Assembly (NCBI GenBank): GCA_046351515.1
Contig: JAXLYJ010000005.1
Coordinates: 370,892-434,891 of the forward strand
From: Polyangiales bacterium
GTDB lineage: Bacteria; Myxococcota_A; Polyangia; Polyangiales; Ga0077539
DNA length: 64,000 nt
Direction: 5' to 3'
Shown here: piece by piece, positions 39,008 through 47,793 of the stretch
Position numbering within the stretch: the first letter of the stretch is position 1
How the letters are laid out: every line of letters begins with the position of its first letter
The notes under the pieces: model-generated
Databases searched by the model: none
What the model was told of the DNA's origin: nothing
Seen by the model: only the letters and a program-made list of their open reading frames with translations
Made by a program: the position numbers and the translations under genes

Positions 39008-40042
39008 TTACTCCGCGATCACGACGGGGACGGGGTTCGCTTGCACGTTCACGTTCACATGCACCTGCAGCGGCTGCACGGGTTGCACGGGGAGCACGGG
39101 CACCACGACTTGCTGCGGGGTCGGATACACCACGGGCTGCGAGTACGGGTTCACTCGCACGGGGCGGAGCACGGGCTCGGGGTACACCACCAACGGTTGC
39201 ACGTACGGCTGCACGTAGGGCTGCGGATAGACCACCGGCTGCACATACGGCTGCGGATAGACCACGGGCTGCACGATGGGTTGAACCACGGGCTGCACAT
39301 ATGGCTGCGCGATCGGCTCGGCGGGGCCGTCCCATCCGAGGTCGTGCGGCGCTTCGGCGAGGTGCGAGCCCAGGCGATTGACCGCGACCGCGAGCGAGCC
39401 GTCGAAGTTTGCCTCGAGCTCTTGGATCACTTGCACGAAGTGAGACTGCAGCCGAGCGCGCTCTTGCTGCTGCGCCTGCCACTCATTCTGCACGGGAATT
39501 CCCTGGGGAATGTACTCATACGGCTCTTGGATGCGGATGATCTCTTCGCGCGTGAGGCCCGACGAGAGTGACCAGTCGACGAGCGGTCCTGCGCCCACGT
39601 CGGCGAAGCGCACGAAATTGTTGGCGCGAGACACTCGGTCCACCAGTACGCGATGGCCCGAGTGCGCGAGGAGATTCGCCACGGCGCACAGCCTTCCGTT
39701 CGCGTCGACGAACACGTTGAGCCGCCCCGGTCGCACGCGATTCTCGGGGAAGACTCCCGCTTGCATGTACGCGCGCAGCCACCCGATGTTTTGCCTTCGC
39801 TGCGTCGCGAGGTAGTTGCGCCACGCTTGAACGTTGGGCGCGACCGTCACGACGGGCCGCCACTGTCGAGGCGCCACGCGCGCCATGGTGTCCATGGTCT
39901 CGTCGGGGATCGGCGCGCGCATCATCACGGGCGCTCCGGCGACGACAGTTTGCAGCGTCTGTGCGTCGGCGTGGCGAGCGCCTGCAGAGATCGCGACGGC
40001 GACGAGACCAACGAGCACTCGACGAACGGACCAACGCTTCAT
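39008..40042 (-). CDS. Secreted protein with C-terminal QPYVQPVV(Y)P tandem peptide repeats
   Basis: Signal peptide MKRWSVRRVLVGLVAVAISAGARHADA. C-terminal 110 aa made of 8-10 copies of a P/V/Q/Y-rich 8-mer. Confidence 0.55.
   Translation of the reverse strand: MKRWSVRRVLVGLVAVAISAGARHADAQTLQTVVAGAPVMMRAPIPDETMDTMARVAPRQWRPVVTVAPNVQAWRNYLATQRRQNIGWLRAYMQAGVFPENRVRPGRLNVFVDANGRLCAVANLLAHSGHRVLVDRVSRANNFVRFADVGAGPLVDWSLSSGLTREEIIRIQEPYEYIPQGIPVQNEWQAQQQERARLQSHFVQVIQELEANFDGSLAVAVNRLGSHLAEAPHDLGWDGPAEPIAQPYVQPVVQPIVQPVVYPQPYVQPVVYPQPYVQPYVQPLVVYPEPVLRPVRVNPYSQPVVYPTPQQVVVPVLPVQPVQPLQVHVNVNVQANPVPVVIAE
39100..39310. repeat. Coding tandem repeat (about 24-nt unit, GGCTGCACRTAYGGCTGCGGATAGACCAC-like) inside the 39008..40042 gene
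   Basis: Multiple imperfect copies are visible directly in the sequence and encode the QPYVQPVV repeats. Confidence 0.6.
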
Positions 40043-40190
40043 GGGGGACCTTGCGCTTCCTCGACGCTCCCGTGGCGGCTGGGAGCGGTTCTGTGACGGG
40101 CGAGGGCGCTGAAAGGTTTGATTCCTTTTGGCGCCGACGCGCGTTCACCGTCGAGAACGGCCGATCCCCGTCGCGCTTACAGTCCGTCGC

Positions 40191-40838
40191 TCACGAAGCG
40201 CGGGCAGACCACGCGATGAGCACGGTGCTCGCGTAGTACAGCGGCAGCCCCCAGAGCCGATTGACGAACGCGGGCTTCACGAAGCGATCGCGCGCCACGG
40301 AGAGGTCCGAGAGGTAGAAGAGCACCGCGCCCGCGGGCACGAGCCATCGGGCGCCGTGTCCGAAAGCCCCGAACGCGAGCGCGACCATCGCCGAGATCGC
40401 CGCGCAGTACGCGAGCACGGGGAGCTTCATCTTCTTCTCGACGTGCGGGAGCAGCCAATAGATCACTCGCGCGCCGATCGCCCCGAGCACGAAGAGCGCC
40501 GCGGGCAACCAGCCGCGCTGCAGACCGAGCGTGGTGAACGCCACCGCGAGCGCGACGTGTCCGACGAGAAAGCTCACGAGCCCGCCCAAGAACGCGGGCG
40601 TTGCGCGAGAGAGCAGGAGCACGTCGCCGATCGCGCAGAAGGCGAGCGCGCCGAGGATGAGCTTGGCGTAGAGCGTCGCGCCTGCGCTCACCGTCCAAGC
40701 GATGCCCAGAAACGAGGCGCTCGCGAGCACCTTGGTGATGGCCGCGAGGATCTTCTGTCCCTGGTGCTCGCTCGCGATGTGCAGCGCTACGAAGAGCGCA
40801 CACAAAATCGAGGCGGCCCACGGAAGGATCGCGCTCAC
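40191..40838 (-). CDS. YhhN-family (lysoplasmalogenase-like) integral membrane protein
   Basis: 215 aa with 7-8 TM helices; conserved HxxxE-like start (ALHIASEHQG) and overall YhhN topology. Confidence 0.65.
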   Translation of the reverse strand: MSAILPWAASILCALFVALHIASEHQGQKILAAITKVLASASFLGIAWTVSAGATLYAKLILGALAFCAIGDVLLLSRATPAFLGGLVSFLVGHVALAVAFTTLGLQRGWLPAALFVLGAIGARVIYWLLPHVEKKMKLPVLAYCAAISAMVALAFGAFGHGARWLVPAGAVLFYLSDLSVARDRFVKPAFVNRLWGLPLYYASTVLIAWSARAS

Positions 40839-41146
40839 GTCTTCACCGCCGGGCGAGCGGGGGCGTTCTCTTGCCGCTCTTTCTCGTGGTCGTGGTCGTG
40901 GTCGTGGTCGTGATCGTGATCGTGCGCTTTGCCTGCGCGCTTGAGCTGCACTTCGACGTGCTCGCCGAGCGCTCCGAGCGGAACACCGAGGATCTCTTCG
41001 GCCATCTCCTTGAGGTCCTGCCGGTGCTCGTGCGGCATCTCGTCCTCGGGCACCTCGACGTCGACCGTGAGCGAGGTGCGGCCCGTTTGCCGGTCGAACT
41101 TGTAGCGAAGCGTCACGCGTCGCTCGTCTGAACGTGCTTGTTTCAT
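40835..41146 (-). CDS. Small hypothetical protein ending in an (HD)7 His-Asp repeat
   Basis: 103 aa ...KRAGKAHDHDHDHDHDHDHEKERQ. The repeat is encoded by a GTGGTC/GTGATC hexanucleotide microsatellite at 40878-40920. ATGA overlap with the YhhN gene. Confidence 0.5.
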   Translation of the reverse strand: MKQARSDERRVTLRYKFDRQTGRTSLTVDVEVPEDEMPHEHRQDLKEMAEEILGVPLGALGEHVEVQLKRAGKAHDHDHDHDHDHDHEKERQENAPARPAVKT

Positions 41147-41156
41147 CGCATCGACC

Positions 41157-41780
41157 TCACGCCTTCACGACCAGGGTCACTTCGTAGTTTCCGCCCGGAT
41201 CGCCCTGTTCTTTCACCCACTCGACGCTGCCGAGCTGCTTGGCCCGCTGCTCGAGCGCCTCGCGATACACCTTGTTGAGGGCGGTCTGGACCTGCTCGCG
41301 CAAGGACGGTTCGGCGCCGAGCAGCCTCGCCACGGCGGCGCGAGAGAGCGCCTCTTCTTGCGCCTTCTTCGCGCGGTCCATTTGATCGTCGAGGCCCTTG
41401 TCGAGCTGTTGGTCGATCTCTTCGTCCTTGGTGTCCTTGTCGAAGCCGCGCCGCTCGGTGACGGTGATCGTCTTCTTCTCGACCGCGCGAAGCACCACGC
41501 GCGAGGCGTCGGGCTCGAGCTGAGCGACGACGCCTTCGATGTTCTTCGTGAGCGATCCGTCCTCTTGTTTGCTCCAGCCGTCCGCTTCGAGAACGCGCCG
41601 CAAGATCTCGCGCATCTGCTCTTCAGGAAGCACCGGCAAGAGCTTCACGTCGACGTGGATCTCGTCCTGAGCGCTCACGTCTTGCGAGCGATCCTTGCTT
41701 CGGACGATGCGGCCGAGACCTTCCCAGCCGAGTTCGAGGTTCATTCCGCAGGGCATGTGGGGGTATTTCATCGGTACCAC
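41157..41780 (-). CDS. Hypothetical acidic protein (207 aa), upstream partner of the HD-repeat protein
   Basis: Charged and coiled-coil-like; no known motif. 10-nt spacing to the downstream gene suggests an operon. Confidence 0.5.
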   Translation of the reverse strand: MVPMKYPHMPCGMNLELGWEGLGRIVRSKDRSQDVSAQDEIHVDVKLLPVLPEEQMREILRRVLEADGWSKQEDGSLTKNIEGVVAQLEPDASRVVLRAVEKKTITVTERRGFDKDTKDEEIDQQLDKGLDDQMDRAKKAQEEALSRAAVARLLGAEPSLREQVQTALNKVYREALEQRAKQLGSVEWVKEQGDPGGNYEVTLVVKA

Positions 41781-41886
41781 TGATGCGTGGGGCTCGCACG
41801 TCGAGAAGCGTTGCGCCCGAGGCTCGATCGACCGCGAGCCGCCCTAGAAAATCAGCGCTTTGTGCGCTACGCCCAGCAGCGGACGA

Positions 41887-42417
41887 ATGGCCGAAGACGA
41901 GGGGTTCAAGCGCGTGTACTCGAGGGCGCTGGCGATGCTCGCGGCGCGGGCGCGGCTCGCGCGCGACCTGCGCAGAAAGCTCATCGACAAGGGCGAAGAA
42001 GCGGCCACGGTCGACGCGGTGATCAAGCGATTGCTCGAGCAGAAGTTTCTCGACGACCGCGCTTTTGCTGCGGCGAAGGCGCGCTCTTCCGTCGCGCGAG
42101 GGCGCTCGTCGCGGCGCGCGGCGCTCGAGCTCACGCACAAAGGCATCGATCGCGAGACCGCGTCCACCGTCGTGGCTGAAGCGCTCGACGAGCGAGGCGA
42201 GGACGAGAGCGCCGTCTGTGAGCGCGCCGCGCGAAAGAAGCTGCGTTCGCTGAGCGCGGCTGAGCCTGCAGAGCGCCGTCGAAAGCTCTGGGCGTTTCTC
42301 GCGCGGCAAGGCTTCTCGGGCGACGCCGTGCGCAAGGCGCTGCGCGCGGTCCTCGACGCTGCGCCGTCGGTCGAAGGCGATCTCGCAGCGGACGGCGACG
42401 ACCTGTCAGACCCGTGA
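41887..42417 (+). CDS. recX: Recombination regulator RecX
   Basis: Start refined to the ATG at 41887. RecX three-helix repeats (RALAMLAARARLARDLRRKLIDKG...VDAVIKRLLEQKFLDDRAFAAA...). Confidence 0.8.
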   Translation: MAEDEGFKRVYSRALAMLAARARLARDLRRKLIDKGEEAATVDAVIKRLLEQKFLDDRAFAAAKARSSVARGRSSRRAALELTHKGIDRETASTVVAEALDERGEDESAVCERAARKKLRSLSAAEPAERRRKLWAFLARQGFSGDAVRKALRAVLDAAPSVEGDLAADGDDLSDP

Positions 42418-42516
42418 CTGCGTTTGCGCTCGCCGCGATCGTGCTCGCGCCCGTCGCGCCGTCGCCGGTGTACTGTGCGAACCCGCTCGAAATCGTGTAC
42501 CCACTGCGCAGTCGTG

Positions 42517-43891
42517 ATGGATCCGAGCCCGTGGGCACTTGAACGAGTCGGCCTCGTCGTCGCCGAGCGTTATCGCATCGAGCGATTGTTGGGCGAGGGC
42601 GCGATGGGCGCGGTCTTCGGTGCGCGTCACGTCAAGCTCGGTCGACCGGTGGCCATCAAGCTCATGCCGCCCGAGGACAAGCACGAGGCCGAGGCGGTGC
42701 AGCGCTTCGAGCAAGAGGCGGTCGCAGCGGCGTCCGTCGCGCGTCGAGGCGTCGTCGAGGTCTTGGACTTCGGCGTCGATCCCGTCGTCGGCGCGTACAT
42801 CGTGATGGAGCTGCTCGAAGGCGAGTCGCTCGAAGCGCGGATTCGTCGCGAGCGAACGCTCTCTCCGACGATCACGGTCTCGCTGCTCGCGCCGGTGCTC
42901 GACGCGCTCTCGTCTGTGCACGCGCGGTCGATCGTGCACCGGGATTTGAAGCCCGCGAACCTCTTCGTATCGCGCAACGAAGAGGGCGAAGAGGTCGTGA
43001 AGATCCTCGACTTCGGCGTCTCGCGGGTGCGTGATGGACGACGCGTTCCGACGACGGCGGTGGGCATCGTTGTGGGGACGCCGCGCTTCATGGCGCCCGA
43101 GCAAGCGCGGGGCGTCGCAGACCTCGACGCGCGCGCGGACCTCTACGCGATCGGCGCCATCGCCTACGCGTGCCTCGCAGGAAAGCCACCGTACGCAGAC
43201 CTCGGCTACGTCGACGTGATCTCTGCGATCCTCTCGGGGCCGCCCACGCCGTTGACGCAGCTCGTGGCCAATGTCCCTCAAGGGCTGCTCGCGGTGATCG
43301 AGAAGGCGATGGCGCGCGATCGCGAGGCGCGCTTCGCCAACGCCGCAGAGATGCGCGCGGCGTTGCTCGTCGCGGCGAGCTCGAACTCGAAGCCGCCCCC
43401 CGAGCCGAACGTCACCGTCGCCGCGCGCCCGAGCGCGACGATCGACAGCCCCGTCACGAAAGAAATCGCCGGCGTCACTCGCCCCAGCGCTCTGTCGTCG
43501 CCGCCGGTCTCGGTCATTCCCGCGACGAAGTCCGCGCAGCCCGAGGACCCCAAGGCGCCCATCCTCGCGCACCTCGCGATCCCGAACGCCGCGTTGCCGC
43601 CGCTCGGCCCCGCTCCCGCCGCGATGCCCGCGCCGTCGCCGTACGCGATCGCGGCGCCGCCCGCGGCGATGTCGCTCGCGCCCGCTCCGCAGCCCGCCCC
43701 GATCGGTGCGCGCTGCGCCGATGGCGGTCCCTGCCAAGAGCGGAGGCCGAGGGTGGCTCGTCGCGCTCGCGTTGATCGTCACGCTCTTCGTCGGGTTCGC
43801 GGCGTTTGCGGTTTGGTACTTCGTGGACGACGACTCGGAGGTGACGACGGGCGCGCGCTCGCTCGCTCCGTGCTCGTCGGCTGCAAGCTGA
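42517..43891 (+). CDS. Ser/Thr protein kinase with C-terminal TM anchor; apparent frameshift near 43700-43740
   Basis: Start at ATG 42517. GEGAMGAVF, AIK, HRDLKPANL, DFG, APE motifs. The C-terminal TM (GWLVALALIVTLFVGFAAFAVWYF) lies in the frame of ORF 43706..43891. Confidence 0.75.
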
Positions 43892-44786
43892 ACACCATCG
43901 CGCGCAGCCACTGGTGCGCGGCGTCTCGCTCTTGTGAGCGCGGCCACAGCGCGATGAACTTCGGCGCCATCAGCGCGATCGGCGGCGCGAGCACTTGCAG
44001 ATCGAGCATCGCGGCGGCGCGCTTCGCGACGCTCGAGGGCAACGTGCAGAGCAGATCGGACTCGGCGACGGCGAGCGCCGCGGAGACGAAATTCTCCACG
44101 CGAACCGCGATCCGGCGCGCGCGGCCGAGCGCCGCGAGCGCCACGTCGACGACGCCGTGCGACTTGGACTCGAGCGAGACGAGCACGTGTCCCGATGACG
44201 CAAACTGATCCACCGAGAGCCGCCCGCGAATCGCTGGGTGCGCTCGGCGCGCGATGACGACAAACGGGTCCGACCCGAGCGAGCGCACGCACAGCGCGGC
44301 GTTCGTCGGGCGCTGCCCCGCGCCGATGAGCGCAAGGTCCACCGCGCCCTCGATGAGCTGCTCGATCGTGCTTCGGCCATAGCGCTGCACGTCGAACGAG
44401 ACGCGCGGCGCGCGCTCGCCGCTCGCCGCGAGCAGCGCCGGCAGCTGCGTAAACTCGAAGTAGTCGAAGCTCGCGATGCGAAACGTTCGCTCCGAGCGCG
44501 CGGGATCAAACGGCGCCTCTCCCTGCAGCGCGCGCCGCACGTGCGCGAGCGCCGCGGGCAGCTCTTTGGCCAGCGCTCCGGCGCGCGGAGTCAGCGCAAA
44601 CGAGCGCCCGTTTTGCACGAGGAGCTCGTCGCCGAGCTGCTCGCGCAGCGCCGAGAGCGAGTGGCTCATCGCCGATTGCGAGACGCCCGCGCGCCGGGCC
44701 GCGTGCGTCACGTTGCGCGCCTCGAGCAGCAGCGCGAGCGACGGAAGCAAGTTCAGGTTGAGCGACGAGATATCGAGATCACTCAT
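43779..44786 (-). CDS. LysR-family transcriptional regulator
   Basis: N-terminal helix-turn-helix LLEARNVTHAARRAGVSQSAMSHSLSALRE plus a LysR substrate-binding domain. The C-terminal 40 aa are low-complexity and overlap the kinase 3' end (possible further indel). Confidence 0.7.
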   Translation of the reverse strand: MSDLDISSLNLNLLPSLALLLEARNVTHAARRAGVSQSAMSHSLSALREQLGDELLVQNGRSFALTPRAGALAKELPAALAHVRRALQGEAPFDPARSERTFRIASFDYFEFTQLPALLAASGERAPRVSFDVQRYGRSTIEQLIEGAVDLALIGAGQRPTNAALCVRSLGSDPFVVIARRAHPAIRGRLSVDQFASSGHVLVSLESKSHGVVDVALAALGRARRIAVRVENFVSAALAVAESDLLCTLPSSVAKRAAAMLDLQVLAPPIALMAPKFIALWPRSQERDAAHQWLRAMVFSLQPTSTERASARPSSPPSRRPRSTKPQTPRTRRRA

Positions 44787-44845
44787 ACGTTCTATGAGAA
44801 CAATGATAGTTTGCTCATGCGTGTCTGGGCATCACGATCCTGCCC

Positions 44846-45899
44846 ATGAACGACGCACCCACCGTGGTCACCGGCGGCACTGGCTTCATCGGCCGCTGGC
44901 TTCTCAGCGAGCTCACCGCGAGGCGCCGCGCGGTCGTCGCGCTCGTTCGCGACGGCGCGCGCAGAGAGAGAGCTTCGCGCGTTCGTCGACGGACACGGCG
45001 GCGACGGCGCGCGGCTGACGGTCCTCGACGCGGATCTGCACCGAGACGACCTCGGGATCGGCGAGACGCTCGGCGAGGTGCGCGCCGTGTTGCACCTCGC
45101 GGCGCACATGGAGTTCGGACTCACCGTCGAGCAAGCGCGCAGGAGCAACGTCGAGACGACGCTCAACGTCCTGCGATGGGCCTCGCGGCGCGCCCGCGTC
45201 GAGCGCGTGGTCCTGCTCGGCGGCTACAGGATGACCCGGCCCGAGCCAGCGCTGCGCGCGTTCTCCCGCGAGCTCAGCGAGCGCGAAGCGCTTCGGCTCT
45301 ACCGCGGTCGCGGGGCGTACGAAGTGTCCAAGCACGAGGCGTACTGGGCGTTTCGACGGCTCGCGGACGAGCGCGGCGTTCGATGGTCCGCCGTGCATCC
45401 ATCGAGCGTGATCGGCGATTCGCGCACGGGAGAGACGCTGCAATTGATGGGGCTCGCGGAGACCGTGCGCAGCCTGCACGAGGGACGAATGCCAGCGATG
45501 GTGGGCGGGGCAGAGACGTTCGTTCCGGTGGTGGCCGTGGATCATCTCGCGCGCGTCTTGGCCACGGTGGACGAGCGCGAAGAGACGCTGTCGCAGGACC
45601 TGGTGGTGCTGGCGTCGGACACGCCCGCGTTGCCCGCGTTGATCGCGCGGATCGCGGCGCGCATGGGCCGACGTTCGCCGCGGATTTCGCTGCCCGTCGA
45701 GCTCGTGCGCGCGCTTCCGAAATGGCTGAGCGGCGTCGAACGCGAGGCGCTCGATTTCATCGCGAGCGATCGGTACGACACCGAGAGCGCCGACGCTCAC
45801 GCGCACGCCATGGGCATCGAGGCTCCCCCGACGCTCGCGACGATCGACCGCTGGTGCGACTACCTCGTGCAGACGCGGTTTCTTCAGACCCCGCGCTGA
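44846..45899 (+). CDS. NAD-dependent epimerase/dehydratase-family protein; frameshift at an (AG)5 tract at 44963-44972
   Basis: N-terminal VVTGGTGFIGRWL Rossmann motif (frame of 44846). The remainder, ...AVLHLAAHMEFG...YEVSKHEAYW (YxxxK), is in the frame of 45078..45899. The frames diverge exactly at CAGAGAGAGAGC. Confidence 0.7.
44963..44972. repeat. (AG)5 dinucleotide tract at the epimerase frameshift point
   Basis: The tract gcAGAGAGAGAGct is visible in the sequence; both flanking frames encode conserved epimerase segments. Confidence 0.6.
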
Positions 45900-45905
45900 G
45901 CGCGC

Positions 45906-46886
45906 TCAGCGCATCGCGGGCGTCGGAAGCTCGGTGCACACGCGTTGGCTCGCGCCGCTGACCGGAGCGCTCTCGAGAAACGCGCGCACTTGCTCGAGGT
46001 AGAGCGAGCCTGGCTGCGCGGGAAGGCACGGCTGGTCGTCCTGATTCGAGCACGCCGCGTGGCCGTGGTCAGCGCCCGCGATGAGCGCGAGCGTCGAGCG
46101 ATTCGCCACGGGTTCGCGGCAGATCGTCTCCCACAGCTCGCGGCCGTACTTGGTCTGCACGTAGTCGTCCGCGGTCCCGTGGACGATGAGCACGCCGCGC
46201 GCGGCGCGCTGGGAAGCGAGGCGGATCTTCGACTTGTTGTCGAAGCGGTTGGACATCAAGAACGACGACGGGATGATCAAGCTCGAGTCCGCCGCGAGCG
46301 CCATGACGCTCGTGAAGGGCGCTTCGAGGATGAGCCCTGCGCTCAGCGATTCCCAGGCCATTTGCGTGGCGGGCGCGCCGCCGAGCGAGTAGCCGTAGTG
46401 AAAGATCCTGCTCGCGTCGACGCCCGCCGCGGCCGAGCGGAGGTAGTTGTGCGCGGCGCGCGCTGCTCGATACACGCCCTCTTCGCTCGGCGATCCAGGG
46501 GTGCGCCCGTACCCTGGATAATCGTAGACGATCACGTTGACGCCCAACGCGAAGAGCGTCGCTGCGCGCGGCCAGTAGCCGTCGATGTTGCTGCCGTTGC
46601 CGTGGTGATAGAGCACGGTCGCGTGCGTCGCGGCGTCGGGCTGACGCGCGATGGCGGCGAACACCGTCGAGCCGTCCTCGGCGGTGAGCGTGAGCCGCTC
46701 GATGCGATCGGCTGGGATCTTCATCGCCTCAGGAAATCCCGCGGGATACGTCGCGAGCGTGTAGTCCTGCCCGTCGGGGATCTTCGTCGGGTTGAAGAAG
46801 AACGAGTCGAGCGAGATGCACGAGCTCAGAGAGAGCGCGCCGACGATCGCGAGCGTCGCGCGAGCGAGAAGAGTCGAGCGCTTCAT
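45906..46886 (-). CDS. Alpha/beta-hydrolase lipoprotein (S9/dienelactone-hydrolase-like)
   Basis: Start at ATG 46884-46886 (MKRSTLLARATLAIVGALSLSSC lipobox). GYSLGG nucleophile elbow, HGTADDYV His motif. The upstream 131 codons of ORF 45906..47279 are an Arg-rich shadow. Confidence 0.7.
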   Translation of the reverse strand: MKRSTLLARATLAIVGALSLSSCISLDSFFFNPTKIPDGQDYTLATYPAGFPEAMKIPADRIERLTLTAEDGSTVFAAIARQPDAATHATVLYHHGNGSNIDGYWPRAATLFALGVNVIVYDYPGYGRTPGSPSEEGVYRAARAAHNYLRSAAAGVDASRIFHYGYSLGGAPATQMAWESLSAGLILEAPFTSVMALAADSSLIIPSSFLMSNRFDNKSKIRLASQRAARGVLIVHGTADDYVQTKYGRELWETICREPVANRSTLALIAGADHGHAACSNQDDQPCLPAQPGSLYLEQVRAFLESAPVSGASQRVCTELPTPAMR

Positions 46887-47572
46887 CGAACACCCGGTCC
46901 GAAGTTGACGTTGAAGCCCAGCATCGCGCCGATCACGCCGATGCCGCCTGGGCTCAGCCAATCGACGGTCACCAGTCCTGCGTTTTGGCTGAAGGCGTAC
47001 CAGCGCATCTCGAGGTCGATCGAGAAGCGCGCGTTCGGAGAAAACTGCGCGAGGCCAAAGAGCGTCGGAGTCCAGAAGGGGCGCGCGTCGAGCTCGCGGT
47101 CGCTCGAGCCGATGCGCAGCATGTTGTGCACGCCGCCGCCGAGCAGAAGCCAGCGCGTCGGTCGCCCCGCGCCGCCGACCCACGCGTCGGCGAAGACGAC
47201 CGCGTCGCGACGATTGCCCATCCCCTGCAGCGAGCCGCCGATCGCGAGCGCGTGGCGCACGTTGGGGATCGGGTGCCACACCGCGCCGCCCGTCATGCTC
47301 AAGATCGCCGTCGAGCCGCCGCCGCCGCTGAACGCCATGGCCAGCGGCTGAACGCTCGCGTGCAGATCGATGTCGTCTTCGATTCCGTACGCGACGTCGA
47401 CGGCGACGATCGGCGCAGGGATCGGCAGCGGACGACGCAGAATGGGGCCGCCGAGCGAAGCGTTGACTCGAAGATTGTTCTTTCCGACCGGTTGCAGCAG
47501 GTGCGACGTCGCGCAGCCCGTAGGAGCCGCGAGGAGCGTCACGACCGCTGCCCGAAGCAGCCAGTATCGCAC
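46883..47572 (-). CDS. Hypothetical lipoprotein / possible small outer-membrane beta-barrel
   Basis: GTG start at 47570-47572; ...LLAAPTGC lipobox; alternating hydrophobic beta-strand pattern with C-terminal ...NVNFGPGVR. ATGA overlap with the downstream hydrolase. Confidence 0.45.
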   Translation of the reverse strand: MRYWLLRAAVVTLLAAPTGCATSHLLQPVGKNNLRVNASLGGPILRRPLPIPAPIVAVDVAYGIEDDIDLHASVQPLAMAFSGGGGSTAILSMTGGAVWHPIPNVRHALAIGGSLQGMGNRRDAVVFADAWVGGAGRPTRWLLLGGGVHNMLRIGSSDRELDARPFWTPTLFGLAQFSPNARFSIDLEMRWYAFSQNAGLVTVDWLSPGGIGVIGAMLGFNVNFGPGVR

Positions 47573-47793
47573 GGGCGCGACGCTACCACGGTGCTCGCGA
47601 GACCGACTGTCCTGTGTGCGCTCTCGCGCGCACGCGAGGGCCTCGCTCGGCGCTCGCAACGAATTTTGCTTGCGTGCTTCGCTGGACGAGCACCGTCCGT
47701 TGTGTGCTAGAAATGTGCTGCCGTCAGAGACGAAAAGGGGGTTGGCCATCGGGCTTTCGGCCGTTGCCGAGCCCGACGCTCAGCCCCCCACTG

